Source of the DNA: Chiloscyllium plagiosum
Taxonomy: Eukaryota
Assembly: GCF_004010195.1 (NCBI RefSeq)
Contig: NC_057751.1
Coordinates: 16,979,585-17,043,584 of the forward strand
Length of the DNA: 64,000 nucleotides
Reading direction: 5' to 3'
A model generated the notes under the pieces. That model searched no databases and had not been told where the DNA came from. It worked only from the letters and a program-made list of their open reading frames with translations. This document shows, one piece after another, positions 1-12,949 of this stretch; positions within the stretch are counted from its first letter, which is position 1; each line of letters starts with the position of its first letter. The position numbers and the translations under genes were made by a program.

Positions 1-944
1 GGCTGCAGGTCAGGAAGGCGGTGCCGGGCTGGAAAGATCCGAGTGAGACAAGGTGGGGGGAGGAGGGATGAAGAAACTGTGGTTCATCCCCTGTGGTTGG
101 AGGGTTCCCAGTCGGAAGATAAGATGCTCCTCCTCCGACCGTCGGGTTGTTGTGGTTTGGCGGTGGATGAGTCCAATGCCCTGCATATCCTCGGTGGAGT
201 GGGAGGGGGAGTTGAAATGCTGTGCCACAGGTTGGTTGGGTTGGTTCGTCCGGGTGGCCCAGAGGTGCTCTCTGAATCGCTCCGCAAGTAGGCTGCCTGT
301 CTCCCCAATATAGAGGAGGCCACACCGGCTGCAGCGGATGCAGTAGATGATGTGGGTGGAGGTGCAGGTGAATCTGTGGCGGATATGGAAGTTTCCCTTG
401 GGGCCTTGGAGAGAAGTGAGGGGGGAGGTGTGGGCGCAAGTGTTGCACCTCCTGCGGTTGCAAGGGAAGGTGCCGGGAGTGGTGGTTGGGTCGGTGGGGG
501 GTGTGGATCTGACAAGGGAGTCGCGGAGGGAGTGGTCTCTACGGAAAGCTGATAGGGGAGGGGAGGGAAATATATCCTTGGTGCTGGGGTCTGTTTGGAG
601 GTGGCGGAAGTGACGGCGGATGATGCGCTGTACATGGAGATTGGTAGGTGAGGACCAGTGGGGTTCTGTCCTGGTGGCGGTTGGAGGGGCGGGGCTCAAG
701 GGGGGAGGAGCGGGAAGTGGAGGAGATGCGGTGGAGGGCACCGTCGACCACTTCGGGGGGGAAATTGCGGTCCTTGAGGAAGGAGGCCATCTGTGTTGTA
801 CGTATTTTGTACTGGTCCTCCTGGGAGCAGATGCGGCGGAGACGAAGGAATTGGGAGAATGGGATGGCGTTTTTACAGGGGGCAGGATGGGAGGAGGTAT
901 AGTCCAGGTAGCTGTGGGAGTCGATTGGTTTGTAGTAGGTGTCC
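1..944 (-). mobile_element. Penelope-like element fragment (RT C-terminus and GIY-YIG endonuclease)
   Basis: ORF 10..981 contains CNRRRCNTC...FTCTSTHIIYCIRCSRCGLLYIGETG...RFREH, the PLE linker plus GIY-YIG motif. Confidence 0.9.
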
Positions 945-1695
945 GTAATTTAGCATGGCCAATCCATCCTAACCTGCACATCCCTGAGTACTATGGGTAA
1001 TTTAGCATGGCCAATCCACCCTAACCTGAACATCCCTGAACACTGTGGGTAATTTAGCATGGCCAATCCACCCTAACCTGCACAACCCTGAACACTATGG
1101 GTAATTTAGCATGGCCAATTCACCTTAACCTGCACAACCCTGAACACTATGGGTAATTTAGCATGGCCAATCCACCTTAACCTGCACAACCCTGAACACT
1201 ATGGGTAATTTAGCATGGCCAATCCACCCTAACCTGTACATCCCTGAACACTATGGGGCAATTTAGCATGGCCAATCCACCCTAACATGTACATCCCTGA
1301 ACACTATGGGGCAGTTTAGCATGGCCAATCCACCCTAACCTGCACATCCCTGAGCACTATGGGTAATTTAGCATGGCCAATCCACTCTAACCTACACATC
1401 CCTGAACACTATGGGGCAATTTAGCACGGCCAATCCACCCTAACCTGCACATCCCTGAGCATTTTGGGTAATTTAGCACGGCCAATCCACCCTAAACTCC
1501 ACATCCCTGAACACTATGGGTAATTTAGCATGGCCAGTTCACCCTAACCTGCTCATCTTTGGACTGTGGGAGGAAACCCACGCAGACATGGGGAGAATGT
1601 GCAAACTCCACAGACAGTCACTTGAGGCTGAAATCGAACCTGGGTCCCTGATGCTGTGAGGTAGCAGTGCTAACCACAGAGCCACCGTGCCGCCC
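945..1695 (-). mobile_element. HE1-type tRNA-derived SINE with internal 52-53 bp unit expanded to 12 copies
   Basis: tRNA-like head (reverse complement of GGTTAGCACTGCT...GGTTCGATTTC) at about 1625-1695. Units recur at 951, 1003, 1055 and so on to 1526. Confidence 0.85.
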
Positions 1696-2049
1696 TATTA
1701 TCCAGTGGCCATATTGTTTCTGGTTAGTTATGCTGGAACATTCTAATAGAATGTCATTGCCTGGAATTGCACCTATGCATAGGTAAGGCATCAGATGGAA
1801 GGGGGCTGGTGAAATAAAATTCTCCAAGGAATCACCAAAATCCCAGGACAAAAGGGGTCAGAAATCACATTAGCTAGGAGTTATACATCTCCTTTAACAT
1901 CGTAAATCATCTGAATGTGTTTCAGTGGGATGTTATCAGACAAAGATTGACGGCCAGCTCCCTCAAGAGATACTAGCAAAGGGGTCTATAAGTTGGTCAA
2001 AGATGTACCGTAGGTTTTAAGCAAATCAAAATCGTTATGGTCTCGGCCC

Positions 2050-3115
2050 AAAGATCTGAAATCCAACCAAAAACAGAGACTGCTGGGAAAACGAGAGAGC
2101 TCCTCGGCTGCTGCCTGACCTGCTGTGCTTTTCCAGCACCACTCTAATCTCGAGTCTGTGGAGAGAGAGAGCCGAGTTAGCGTTTCAGGTCCAGTGACCC
2201 TTCAGTAGCTCGGAGAAGGTTGGCATACAGGCTGAAGATAGGATGGGGGGGAAGGAGTAAACCGTGGACAGAGAACAACAGTTGGACAGACAAAGGAATG
2301 GGTAAAGGTCAGCTTAGGAGAATGAATAGCTGCTAACGGGGTCTGACAATTGGACGGGGTTGGGTAAGGGTATGGGAGAAAGTGCTCAGGCACCGAAATT
2401 ATTGAATTCGGCAATGAATCCCGAAGGCTGCAGGGTCGCCAATGAGGTGCGGCACTTCCAGCTTGCGCTGAGCTCCGCTGGAGGCTGGTGGGAAGCCTGA
2501 GACAGAGATATTGGCTGGGGGAGGGGAGAACACGGTGTGCGCTGAAGTGGAGGCGCAGGGTCGTTTCTACGGTCTGAAAAGGGGTCGCCCAATCTACACT
2601 TTGTCTCCCATGTCGACTACAGCAGTGGGGAATCCTCGGTTGAGGAAGACGGTGGACATTTCGGAGGCCTCCCCCATGTAGACGTTGGCATCAGAACGGA
2701 TGCGATGGAGACAGAGAAACGGAGAGAATGGACTCCTGACAGGAGACGGGGCATGAGGACATGTAGTGAAGGCAACTGAGGGAGTTTGTACTGGAAATTG
2801 GTGGCCAGCCTAGCCCCAGAGGTGGGAACAGAGGTGTCGAGGATGGGAAGGGAGGCGTCGGACAGGTGAAGGTGGGAGCGAGGCGGAAATTGGAAGCGAC
2901 ATAGAGAAACTTCTCCAATTCCGGATGAGAGAGGGAAGCAGCGCCAATGATGTCAGCGGGTAAACTGGAGAAAGGGTTGTGGGTGAGGGCCGGAGTAGGC
3001 CTGGAACAAGGAATGTTCCACGTAGGCCCATGTGGTACCCGTGGCCATACCACCATCAACCTGAAAAAGGGAGGAGGAGTTAAAAAGAGAAGTTGTTTCA
3101 GATGAGGACAAACAG
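2050..3115 (-). mobile_element. Degenerate Penelope-like element (terminal repeat and RT remnants)
   Basis: Remnant peptides DIIGAASLSHPELEKF and ATLQPSGFIAEFNNF, plus the PLE terminal motif GCTGCCTGACCTGCTGTGCTTTTCCAGC. Confidence 0.7.
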
Positions 3116-3164
3116 GCAGAAATCTAAAGCTGCAGTGATCTCGGAAATGACTGCCCCCTCAGAC

Positions 3165-3745
3165 CCCTTGGTAGCCCACAAACCCACTAACACACTAAAA
3201 CAGCAGCTAATGAATGTGAAAGACCCTTTACAGACAACAAGCAAAACTAATGCCATTTACAAAATACCGTGCAAGGACTGTAACAGGCAGAAAACTAGCC
3301 ACCAGGATACATGAGCATCAACTAGCCACAAAACGACATGACCCACTCACACTAGTATCCTCACATACGGATGAGGAAGGACACCACATTGACTGGGACA
3401 ACACATCCATCCTAGGACAAGCCAAATAGAAACACGCACGAGAATTCCTAAAAGCGTGGCATTCCAACCGGAACTCTATTCACAAACACATCGAGTTAGA
3501 CCCCATCTACCACCCCCTGAGAAAAGGAACCGGAAGTGACTTCACCACCGGAAATGACATCACCAACCCAAAAGAACCCCAACCATATAAATAGAAAGCA
3601 GGAATTGTCAGCAGTGCTTCGCCCGGAGGCTCACTGAAGATGTGACCCACTAGGGTGACGAAATGTCTGGAAATGAACCTTCCAGCTCAGCGAGCAAACC
3701 TACAGCCAGAACCTCAAGCTGAGCTACAAATCTTCTCAAAACCTG
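3165..3745 (+). mobile_element. Penelope-like 3' fragment (GIY-YIG) with terminal repeat carrying a hammerhead motif
   Basis: AHKPTNTLKQQLMNVKD...NAIYKIPCKDC, then CTGAAGA-T-GTGACCC..GGGTGAC-GAAATGTC at about 3635-3667. Confidence 0.85.
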
Positions 3746-3859
3746 CTGCAGTGCAATTGTCTGTCCTTGGCTTAAGGCCGCGTGAAGCAGGAGGAAAGGA
3801 GGATCACATCTAGCACGGGAGAGGACGATGGAGATGACTATTGGAGGCCAATCAGTTCA

Positions 3860-4925
3860 AGGCCTGGACATCACTGCAGGGATTGCTGTGGACAGAGTAC
3901 TCGATGCAAACATCTTCAATGACCGTCCCTCCATGAAAAGCTCAAAAATGGGGATGTGACTGTGGCAAAGCCTTCACGACTGATGCCTGCAAGGAGACCT
4001 GGCAACATTCAGGCTTGGCGTGCTACGTGGCAAGAAACATTCTCACCACAGAAATACAATCAATGACCACCTCCAACAAGACCATCTTCAAGTCAGAATC
4101 TGGCCAATGTTGGGGATACAAAAACGACACCAAGGGATATTGGGGGATATTGGAATGGAGTTAGACTGTGAACTGTGGACGTCTTGATGCTCAACAACTT
4201 TACCACCTCTAAATAACGCCCCCCCCCCCCACTATTACAATCTGAGGGATAGCCTGGACGAGAAACTGAAGTGGACCAACCATACTGTGGCTACAAAAGG
4301 AGGTCACAGGTTGTGAATCCTGCACCTCCTGACACCCCACCCCACCACCCACCATCAGGAGTGTGTGTGATGGAATACTCCCCCCTTGCCCTGGATGGGG
4401 GGGGCAGCTCCGACAACTCTCGAGAGGCCTGACGCCATCCAGGGACAAAGCGACCTGCTGGATCATCATCCCATCCGCTAGCTTCAACATGCACTTACTT
4501 AACTCTTACTAATCTCTGGGATTTGCGACCATGAAGAGCTATGGATGGTGAGTCGGTGTATGTATGAAAGGCTGAGTTGAAACAGCTCCATGAATCAGTA
4601 AGTGATGAAGGGGCAGGTGGGAACGGGGAGGTAAGCTCACAATCGGGCCGACTGTGATCTTATTGAATGACAGAGCAGACGAGTGGCTGACTCTTGCTCT
4701 TGTTTCTTACGTTCTCTCCCTCCACCACTGGCACAGAATGGCAGCAGTGTGTACCATCCACAAGGTGCACTGCAGCAACACACCCTCCAACAGCTCCAAA
4801 CTCATGGCGACTACCACCTAGAAGGACAAGGGGCAGCACATACACGGGAACACCACCCCCCCTGCAAGTTCCCCTCCGAGTCACTCACCATCCTGACTTG
4901 GAAACATATTGCCATTCCTTTAGGG
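3860..4925 (+). mobile_element. Degenerate CR1-group (L2/Crack-like) LINE fragments
   Basis: MEYSPLA-type remnant and 3' region similar to the copies at 59.2-59.8 kb and 62.2-62.9 kb. Confidence 0.55.
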
Positions 4926-4939
4926 TTGCTGGGTTACAG

Positions 4940-5612
4940 TTATAGAGATGTACAGCACAGAAACAGACCCTTCACTCCAACTCGTCCATGCTGATCAGTT
5001 ATCCTAAATTAATCAAGTTTGAATTGGCCCATATCCCTCTAAACCCTTCCTATTCATCTCCCTATCCAGACGCCCTTTAAATGTAATTGTACCAGCCTCC
5101 TCTGGCAGCTCATTCCATACACGTACCACCCTCTGCGTGAAAACGTTGCCCCTTAGTTCCCTTTTAAATCTCTCCCTTCTCACCCTAAACCTATGCCCCT
5201 CTCGTTCTGGACTCCCCCATCCCAGGGAGAAAAGACCTTGTCTATTTACTCTATCCATGCCCCCTCAGGATTTTCTAAACCTCTCTAAGGTCACCCCCTT
5301 AGCCTCCGACGCTCCAGCGAAAACAGCTCCAGTCTATTTAGCCTCTCCGTGTAGCTCAAACCCTCCAACATCCTTGTCAATCTTTTCTGCACCTTTTCAA
5401 GCCTCACAACATCTTTCCTACAGCAGGGAGACCAGAACTGAATGCAGTATTCCAAAGGTGGTCTAACCAATGTCTTATACCTGACCTCCAGACTCCTATA
5501 CTCAATGAACTGACCAACGAAGTCAAGTGTACCACATGCCTTTTTCACTATCCTATCTACCTGCGACTCAAGGAACCATGAACCTATACTCCGAGGTCCT
5601 TCTGTTCGATTA
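4940..5612 (-). mobile_element. CR1/HER1 LINE 3' fragment
   Basis: LVRPPLEYCIQFWSP...LEKVQKRLTRM...LERRRLRG and FTQRVVRVWNELP. Confidence 0.9.
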
Positions 5613-6559
5613 GATGTGCCAAATCCACCCGCATTGCAGTGGTTCAAGAACACAGTTCAAGGGCAATCACAGATGGGCAATAAATCCTGGCTTCACGCAA
5701 CGCTGACATACCAGGGGCAGATGTACAACAAGTTGAAAATGAAGATGAGAATTTTAAATCGGACGCAATGCTGGGCCAAATGCCAAAGAAAGTCAGCACA
5801 AGCAGCAGATACAAGTTCAGGGAGGGCAAGGAGCAGGTTTGGACGGAGGGGGCAGGGAAAAGAAATCAGGTCACATTAAATGAGAAAGCAGACACGGGAT
5901 TAGAAGAGGAATTCAGTTTTTTTTTTGACACTGTATCGGCTGAAGATATTGAATTGTTTGTGACTGTTCCAGTCCATTTCCATCAGTTAAAACACGCCTG
6001 AAGGGGTTTGACAGACAAACAGTTCTCGCATTAATGCTTGCGGACTCTGTGAGCAATCAATCAGCAGTCTCTGCTGTGCCTGATCCCACTATCGCCTGGA
6101 TGTCCTCTCACAATCTCCTGGCTGTGTGCAAGTGTGGGGCAACAGGGCTTAGTTTAACTCTAACCTATCGCCCCAGGATCAGGAGTATGGAACAGGGTCA
6201 TCATAAATCTGTCAGAAGCAGTTTGTACAGTGTAGCATCGACTCAGAGTTCCTGCAGTTCCCACTGAAATCAGGTCAGGGGACGCCACCAGCTAACTATT
6301 GGAACGGTTTCTAGCACACTGAAAGTCATGTGGAAGTACGCTGATTGAATTTCTAACAGATTCTCAACAGTTCCGTTTCATTTCATGATACGCTGGGCCA
6401 GACCTTTCCAATGGGCCACTTGTTGCTGAGCCAGACCACTGGTCCCCACCCTAATGCAGGCCCTCAGCCTTAATCTTATGCTTGTTCACAACCTCTGGCT
6501 GGATGCAACACCTTTGTAAGGTGGGGAAAGGGACTCGCAAATCTCAACTTTGGGAGGCT

Positions 6560-7875
6560 TTGCAGAGTTGTTATGGTGCAGAAGGAGCTATTCAGTCCAT
6601 CATGCAAACGGGCATCACCACCCAGTCTCAATCTCCTGCTCTATCCCCATTCCCTTGCACACTCCTTCAATCCAAATAATTAGCCAAGGCCCACTTGAGT
6701 GCTTAGGTTGAACTTGTCTCCAGCACTTGTGCAGGCACTCTTTTCCATATCCTAACTACTCGCTGCACAAAAAACCTTTTTCCTCCCATCGCCCTCGACT
6801 TGTTTGCGCGTCATTTTAAACCTCATTCCCCTTCCTGTTACCAGCGGGTACAAATGCTCCCTGTCAAATCGGTCCAGCCCCCCCTCCTGCTTTTGTAAAG
6901 CCCTCTCAGCCTTCTTCTCTGTGAGGAGAACAGTCCGAACGGCTTCAATCTGCCCTCAGAAGTTTCTCATACGTGGGGCCATCCTTGCAAATCAGTTCTG
7001 CACTCTGGTCAAAGCATTCATACCGTTCCTATAATACAGCACGGAAACAGACACCTCTGCTCAATGGGTCCATGCCGACCACAATCCGAAACCAAACAAA
7101 TCTCACTTGCCTGTGCTTGGCCAATATCGCTCTGAACATTTCTTACTAATATACTTATCTAAGTGTCTTTTCAATGTTTTAACTATACCCACATCCACCA
7201 CTTCCTCTGGAAGTTCATTCCCACACGAACCACTCCCTGTAAAAGACTCTCATGTCTTTTTGAAATCTTTCCCCTCTCACCTTAAAAATGTGACCCCTAT
7301 GCTTAGAGACGTAGAGGATGGAAACAGACCCTTCGGTCCAATGCATCCATGCAAACCAGATATCCTAACTTAATCTAGTTCCATTTGCCAGCACTTGGGC
7401 CCATATCCCTATTCATATACATATTCAGATGCCTTTTAAATGCTGTCGTTGTACCAGCCTCCATCACTTCCTCTGGCAGCTCATTCCATACACATCTGCG
7501 TGAAAACTTTGCCCCCTAAGTCCCTCTTAAATCTTGCCCCTATCACCCGAAACTTATGCCCTTCTAGTTCTGGACTCCCCCCACCCCAGGGGAAAAGACT
7601 TTGCCTATTTACCCTATGCATGCCCCCTCATGATTTTATAAACCTCTATAAGGTCACCCCTCAGCCTCTCACGCTCCAGGGAAAACAGCCCCAGCCTATT
7701 CAGCCTCTACCAATAACTCAAACCCTCCAACCCAGGCAACATCCTTGTCAATCTTTCCTGCACCGTTTCAAGTCTCACAACATCATCCCTATAGCAGGGA
7801 GACCAGGACTGAATGGCAGCATTCCGAAAGTCGCTTGACCAGCCGCAGCACGGCCTCCCAACTTCTGTACTCAGT
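6560..7875 (-). mobile_element. Several nested or degenerate CR1 3' fragments
   Basis: IQSWSPCYRDDVVRLETVQERLTRMLPGLEGLSY and repeated CR1 3' tails. Confidence 0.75.
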
Positions 7876-9067
7876 GTAAAACTGGCTTCTCGGAATTGGT
7901 TTGATTTGGAGGAGCCGGTGTTAGACTGGGTTGCCAAAGTTTAAAAAACACCTAACACCAGGTTACATGCCAACAGGTTTAAGTGGAAGCACTAGCTCTT
8001 GGAGCGCTGCTCTTTCATCAGGTGGTTGTGGAGAATTGGTTTGCATGCAAACTCCATGTTAACCCGTGACAGAGGTGCTACCAGCAGAGCTATCAAACTG
8101 GAGCAGACGCTGAGCGGGGTGGAGGGCAATCTTTGACGCGGGTACAGACTGATTCGTATCTACTATGGTATTGGTGTGAGACCCTTAACACAGTAAAGCA
8201 GGTTAGCCGCCAACACTGATGGGGAAGTCACCGGTCAAGTGGAGAGCATGGCCCCAGTGTGCTTCTGAGTAATTCTTTTCTTCGGAACGAGCTGGCGATT
8301 CATCAGACTGGTCAGCTTCTGATTTGCTGAGGCTCAAGGATCAGGGACAGCGTCCGTCTGATTCAAGCCCAGCCAGACTCCCCTCTGCACAAGAACCTGA
8401 GCATTCAAAACGCGACCGGATGCCGATTTTTAACGTGAAGACTTCTCGGCTCGGCTCGGCTCAAGGGCTGTCTGAATATTGTCCTAGAGTACAGACGTGT
8501 TGTCCTAGAGTAAATTCCTCGCAGGGAAACGTCCACTTCATGTACCATAATTGCCTCAATCGTATTCGTACTCAGATATAATGACATGACTGATTACGAT
8601 CAGGAGGCCAAAACTCTTCCCTGCCTTTTCGGAGCCAGCAACATTTCTTGTGACTGGATTGCTTGCGCTGGTTGAGATGAGATCACTCCAGTTTGGGAAG
8701 GTTTGCTTTCTCTTTCCTTGCCTCGGTGTTATTAAATCTGACCCTAAATCAGTAACTTTGCAGACATACAGAAAACCGGTGGAGTGGGAAATAGGGAAAG
8801 AGGGTGGTTTCAGTTTGCAAGATGACACAGATGGGAGGTGGGATTCAGTCCGGATAAACACGAGGGAGATGCACCAAGGCAGGACAAACAAGGCAAGGGA
8901 ATATGTAATGGAGACAGTAGGACCCTGGGAAGCACTGAGGATCACAGGGACCTTGGTGTGCATGTCCAAGGTAGCGCGACAGTTGGATAAAACGGTTAAG
9001 AATGGTTAAGTGGATGGGATTCTTGCTTTTCCTGGGTGAGGCATAGAGTTTAAAAGCAGGGAGAGCA

Positions 9068-9255
9068 GGGCGGCATGGTGACTCAGTGGTCAGCACTGCC
9101 ACACTTGATTCCACCCTCGGGTGACTGTCAGTGGGGACTTCTGCCCGTGTCTGTGTGCATTTCCTCCTGTTTCCTCCCACTGTCCAAAGATGTCCAGGTT
9201 GGGTGGATTGGCTATGCTGAGTTGTTCAGTGTACAGGGATGTTCGGGTTAGTGTT
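9068..9255 (+). mobile_element. Degenerate HE1-type SINE
   Basis: GGCGGCATGGTGACTCAGTGGTCAGCACTG head and TCCAAAGATGT core. Confidence 0.6.
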
Positions 9256-9299
9256 AGATTCGGGTCCTCCGAGCCAAAGTCCCCATCACGAAGACCACC

Positions 9300-10590
9300 A
9301 TCATTCCCGTAAGCCTTAGTGACTACTGCCCAGTGGCTCCGACCTCAATCAGAAGGAAGTGCTTCGAGAGGCTGGTCATAGCCCAGTCTCCCAGCCTGCC
9401 TCGATCCTCCACAATTTGCCAACTGATGTTACAGGTCCATTTCCCTTGTCCTGCACTCATCCCTGGAGCATCTGGAGGACAAGGACACCTACAGGGTCAG
9501 ACTCTTGCTCACCAATTAGAGCTCCTCCTTCAACAACATTATCCCCTCCAGAATGATCTCAAAACTCTGTGTTCTAGGTCTCCGCTCTGCCCACTGTAAC
9601 TGGATCCTCAGCTTCCTGGTGCACAGACCGCAATCACTTCCTCCGCGATAACACTCAACACTGCAGACCTCCCCCCCCACCCAAAGGATGTGACCTCAGC
9701 TTCCTACTGCACACTGTATACCCACGACTGTGTTGCCAAATTCCAAATGAATGCCATCGACAAGTTCGCCGATGACACCACTGTAGTGGGAGGGATATCT
9801 AACAACGACAAGTCAAAATACAGAACAGAGATAGAGGGCTCAGTGATGTGGTGCAATGAGAACATCCTCTCTCTCAATGCCAGCAAAACTAAAAGAACTG
9901 ATCGTTGACTTCAGAGAGAAAGGAGGAGGACACAGCCCCCATCTACATCAACAGAACGGAGGTTGAGAGGACGGAGAGCGCATTTCCTTAGAGCGACAGT
10001 GACAGACAATCTATCCTGATCTGCCCATGTCGATGCGACGGTCACGAAGGCTCAACAACGCCTCTTCTATCTCCGGCGGCTCAGGAAATTCGGCATGTCC
10101 ATACGGACCCTCACCAACGTTTACAGATGCACTGTTGAAAGCATACTGTCTGAGTGTATAATGCCCAGGACTGTAAGAAACAAACTACAGAAGGTGGTGT
10201 GCACAGCCCACACCATCCATGGGCCCCATCTACACCACTCAGTGTCTCGGAAAGGCTGCTAACATCATCAAAGATCCTTCGCACCTCGGGAATGCTCCCC
10301 TACAATCTCTTCCATTAGGCAGAAGATACAGAAGCCTGAACTCACACACCAGCAGGTTCAGGAACAGCTCCCTCTCGGCCGTTATTAGACTGATGAATGG
10401 ACTCTCTAGACTTCAATAATGCTGACCTTGCTAAGTTCGCTCTCACTTAGTGCATACCCTGTGCAATCTAATCTGTATGCCTCTGTCTTAATCTTTCTGA
10501 TCTGTACAGCCTTGCTTACTGTGACCTGTCTGAGCTGCTCATAAACAAAGCTTTTCACTGTACTTCAGTACACGTGACAATAAATAAATT
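9300..10590 (+). mobile_element. Rex1/Babar-type LINE RT and 3' end, decayed
   Basis: KCFERLV; YTLYTHDCVAKFQMNAIDKFADDTTVVGGISNND...WCNENILSLNASKTK; SRFRNS; 3' tail AAGCTTTTCACTG...AATAAATAAA. Confidence 0.8.
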
Positions 10591-11435
10591 GGGGCGGCAC
10601 GGTGGCTCAGTGGTTAGACTAGTGCCAGCGACCCAGGTTCGATTCCCACCTTGGGTGCATTAGTCAGAGGTCAATATAGGGTAGGGGAATGGGTCTGGGT
10701 GGGTTACTCTCCGGAGGGTTGGTGTGGACTTGTTGGGCCGAAGGGAATCTAAATCTCAACTCAAGTTGGATTAGCCATGGGAAACGCAGGATTATCGGGA
10801 TGGGTCTAGGTTGGGCACTCTTTGGAGGGTCGGTGTGGACTCAATGGGCCGAATGGCCAGCTTCCACACTGCAGGGATTCTACGATTCTAGATTTATGCT
10901 GGAACTGGATAAAACATTGGTTCGGCCGCACAAAGCATCGTGTGGAGTTCTGCAATCTACATTATAAGAGGGATGTGATAAATCTGGAGAGGGGGCAGAG
11001 GGAGATCAACCGCAATGTTGCCGAGGGGCTGGAGAGTTTCAGTTATGAAGAGAAATTGGACAGACTGGGATACAGCAGAGGAGACAAGACTAAGATGTAT
11101 AAAGTTATGAGGGCATATCCGGGGTAGACTGGAAGAATGTTGACGGAAGGTTCAAAAACCAAGGGGCATAGATTTAAGGAAATGAGCAGGAGCTTCAGAG
11201 GATATGTGAGGGAAACCATTTTTTCACCCGAAGGATGGTGGGGAATCTGGAGCTCACTGCTTGCAAGGATGGTTTAGGGAGAAATCCTCAGCACATTGAA
11301 GAAGTATTTAGATGTAATAACATGGGGTAAGAGCTGGCAAATGGAATTAGTATAGTTAGGTGGCTGTTTTTGACTGGAATGGATGTGATGGGCCCAAGGG
11401 TGTTTATCTATCTGTGCTGTACATTTCTATGATGG
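10591..11435 (+). mobile_element. SINE fragments (10591-10890) followed by a degenerate CR1 3' fragment
   Basis: GGGCGGCACGGTGGCTCAGTGGTTAG...GGTTCGATTCC head, then LDKTLVRPH...LERGQR CR1 peptide. Confidence 0.7.
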
Positions 11436-12064
11436 TTAACCTTCAAGGAAATTCTGTGTTTTTATTTTGCTTTTATAAAGTTATGGGTTTGAGACTCGCT
11501 GTAGGATGTTCCAAGCAATAAGAGATTGGAAATGTCTCTCTCTGGCTACTGAATCAACAACATACCAGGGGCAAGACCAATGGGAGGGCAGGGAGATGGG
11601 AGTTTGAAGTGAAGCTGACAACAATGTTGAAAATTTTAATAATAGGGTTCACAAGGAAAAGACAGAGTTGCATAATGCAAAAGGAGAAATGTCTGGAAAT
11701 TAAATTCAGGGGTTGTTTCAGGAAGCTTCTTGGTAGAGTCATAAAGTCACAGAAGGAGGTCATTGGCCTGTCCCTCAGTCCGAGGATGACTCCTACTCGG
11801 AGCCGCAGCTTTCTGTTGTTGGTCTCTACACAACCGGACAGGCTGAACCTCAACCTATAAATCTTGCGGCACATGGTAGTGGATTGCAGACTGCAAGATT
11901 GGCTTCCTTTTCTAACCTCCCCTGCCATTGCTGTGCCCCGACATCAAGATGTTAAGGGTCAAACCCCAACCCCCACCCCCCCATACTTCTTTCAGACACA
12001 CTTTCAAGGCTGCGACCACAGTTCTGCAGAATGTCAATAGATACGCAGCATCAATGGCGATTTC

Positions 12065-12370
12065 ACCAGTTTCCTTATTGCCCCTCCACCTCCAAGGTCC
12101 AACTTGACACCGTCCTCTTGAACTGTCCTACCTGTCCATCTTCCTTCCCACCCATCTGCTCCACCCTCCCCTCCGACCTATCACCATCACCCCCCCCCCC
12201 CCACCTGCGGCTACCTATCACCTCGCCAACTACCTCACCAACTACCCTCACATTTATCCCTCAGCCCCCTTCCTCCTCCCTCCCATCCCCACATTCTTGA
12301 TGAGGGGCTGATGGCGGAATGGTCAAACTCTTCGGATGCTATCTGACTTGCTGTGCTTCTCCAGCTCCCC
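12065..12370 (+). mobile_element. Penelope-like 3' terminal fragment
   Basis: Pyrimidine-rich PLE 3' region ending GGATGCTATCTGACTTGCTGTGCTTCTCCAGC. Confidence 0.6.
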
Positions 12371-12949
12371 GTTCCCCCCACACTCGGAGGCACGAAGGTA
12401 GTGGAGGGTGAAAATGAGCGCAAAGTGACCTTGTTCCGAGCAAGCGTGAACATGCCAGGAAGCCCATCCTTTGGAAATGGAGGAGGTCGCGGTGTTATTT
12501 TGAAACAAAAAAAAGCCACAAGTCACAGAAATCCCACTGTAGCGGATTCTTAACGTGGAGCTCCCCAACTGGGGAAAGCATATGGTGCAGCCTGTTTCAG
12601 AGACCACTTGTGGAGGGGACCACCTGTTCACTCTGTGACCATGAGGTTAATGCAAATACCAACAGAACAATTCATTGCCTGGCACTTAATTTAAAATGCA
12701 ATTTTAGTAGGGTGCGATTTGTGAATTTCTCAATGGATTTGCAGTGGGGTGGGAGGGCATCATCCTCCAGACTTGGCCAGTGCTCGTTTCCAAAGGTTGC
12801 AACACACATCACAAGTACTTGTTAGGAAACATATGTTGTTGTTTTTCAAATTCAGATTCAAACTGCTCCTGAATATTGCTTTCCCTTGTCGGATTGGTGC
12901 ATGCAGCTGTCGGTCTCCCCCTCTCGCTGTTGCAAACCGCAGGCATGAT

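Noticed and set aside
945..1560. Regular 52-bp array resembling a CRISPR array
   Set aside because: No unique spacers; it is a tandem unit inside a eukaryotic SINE, with no cas genes.
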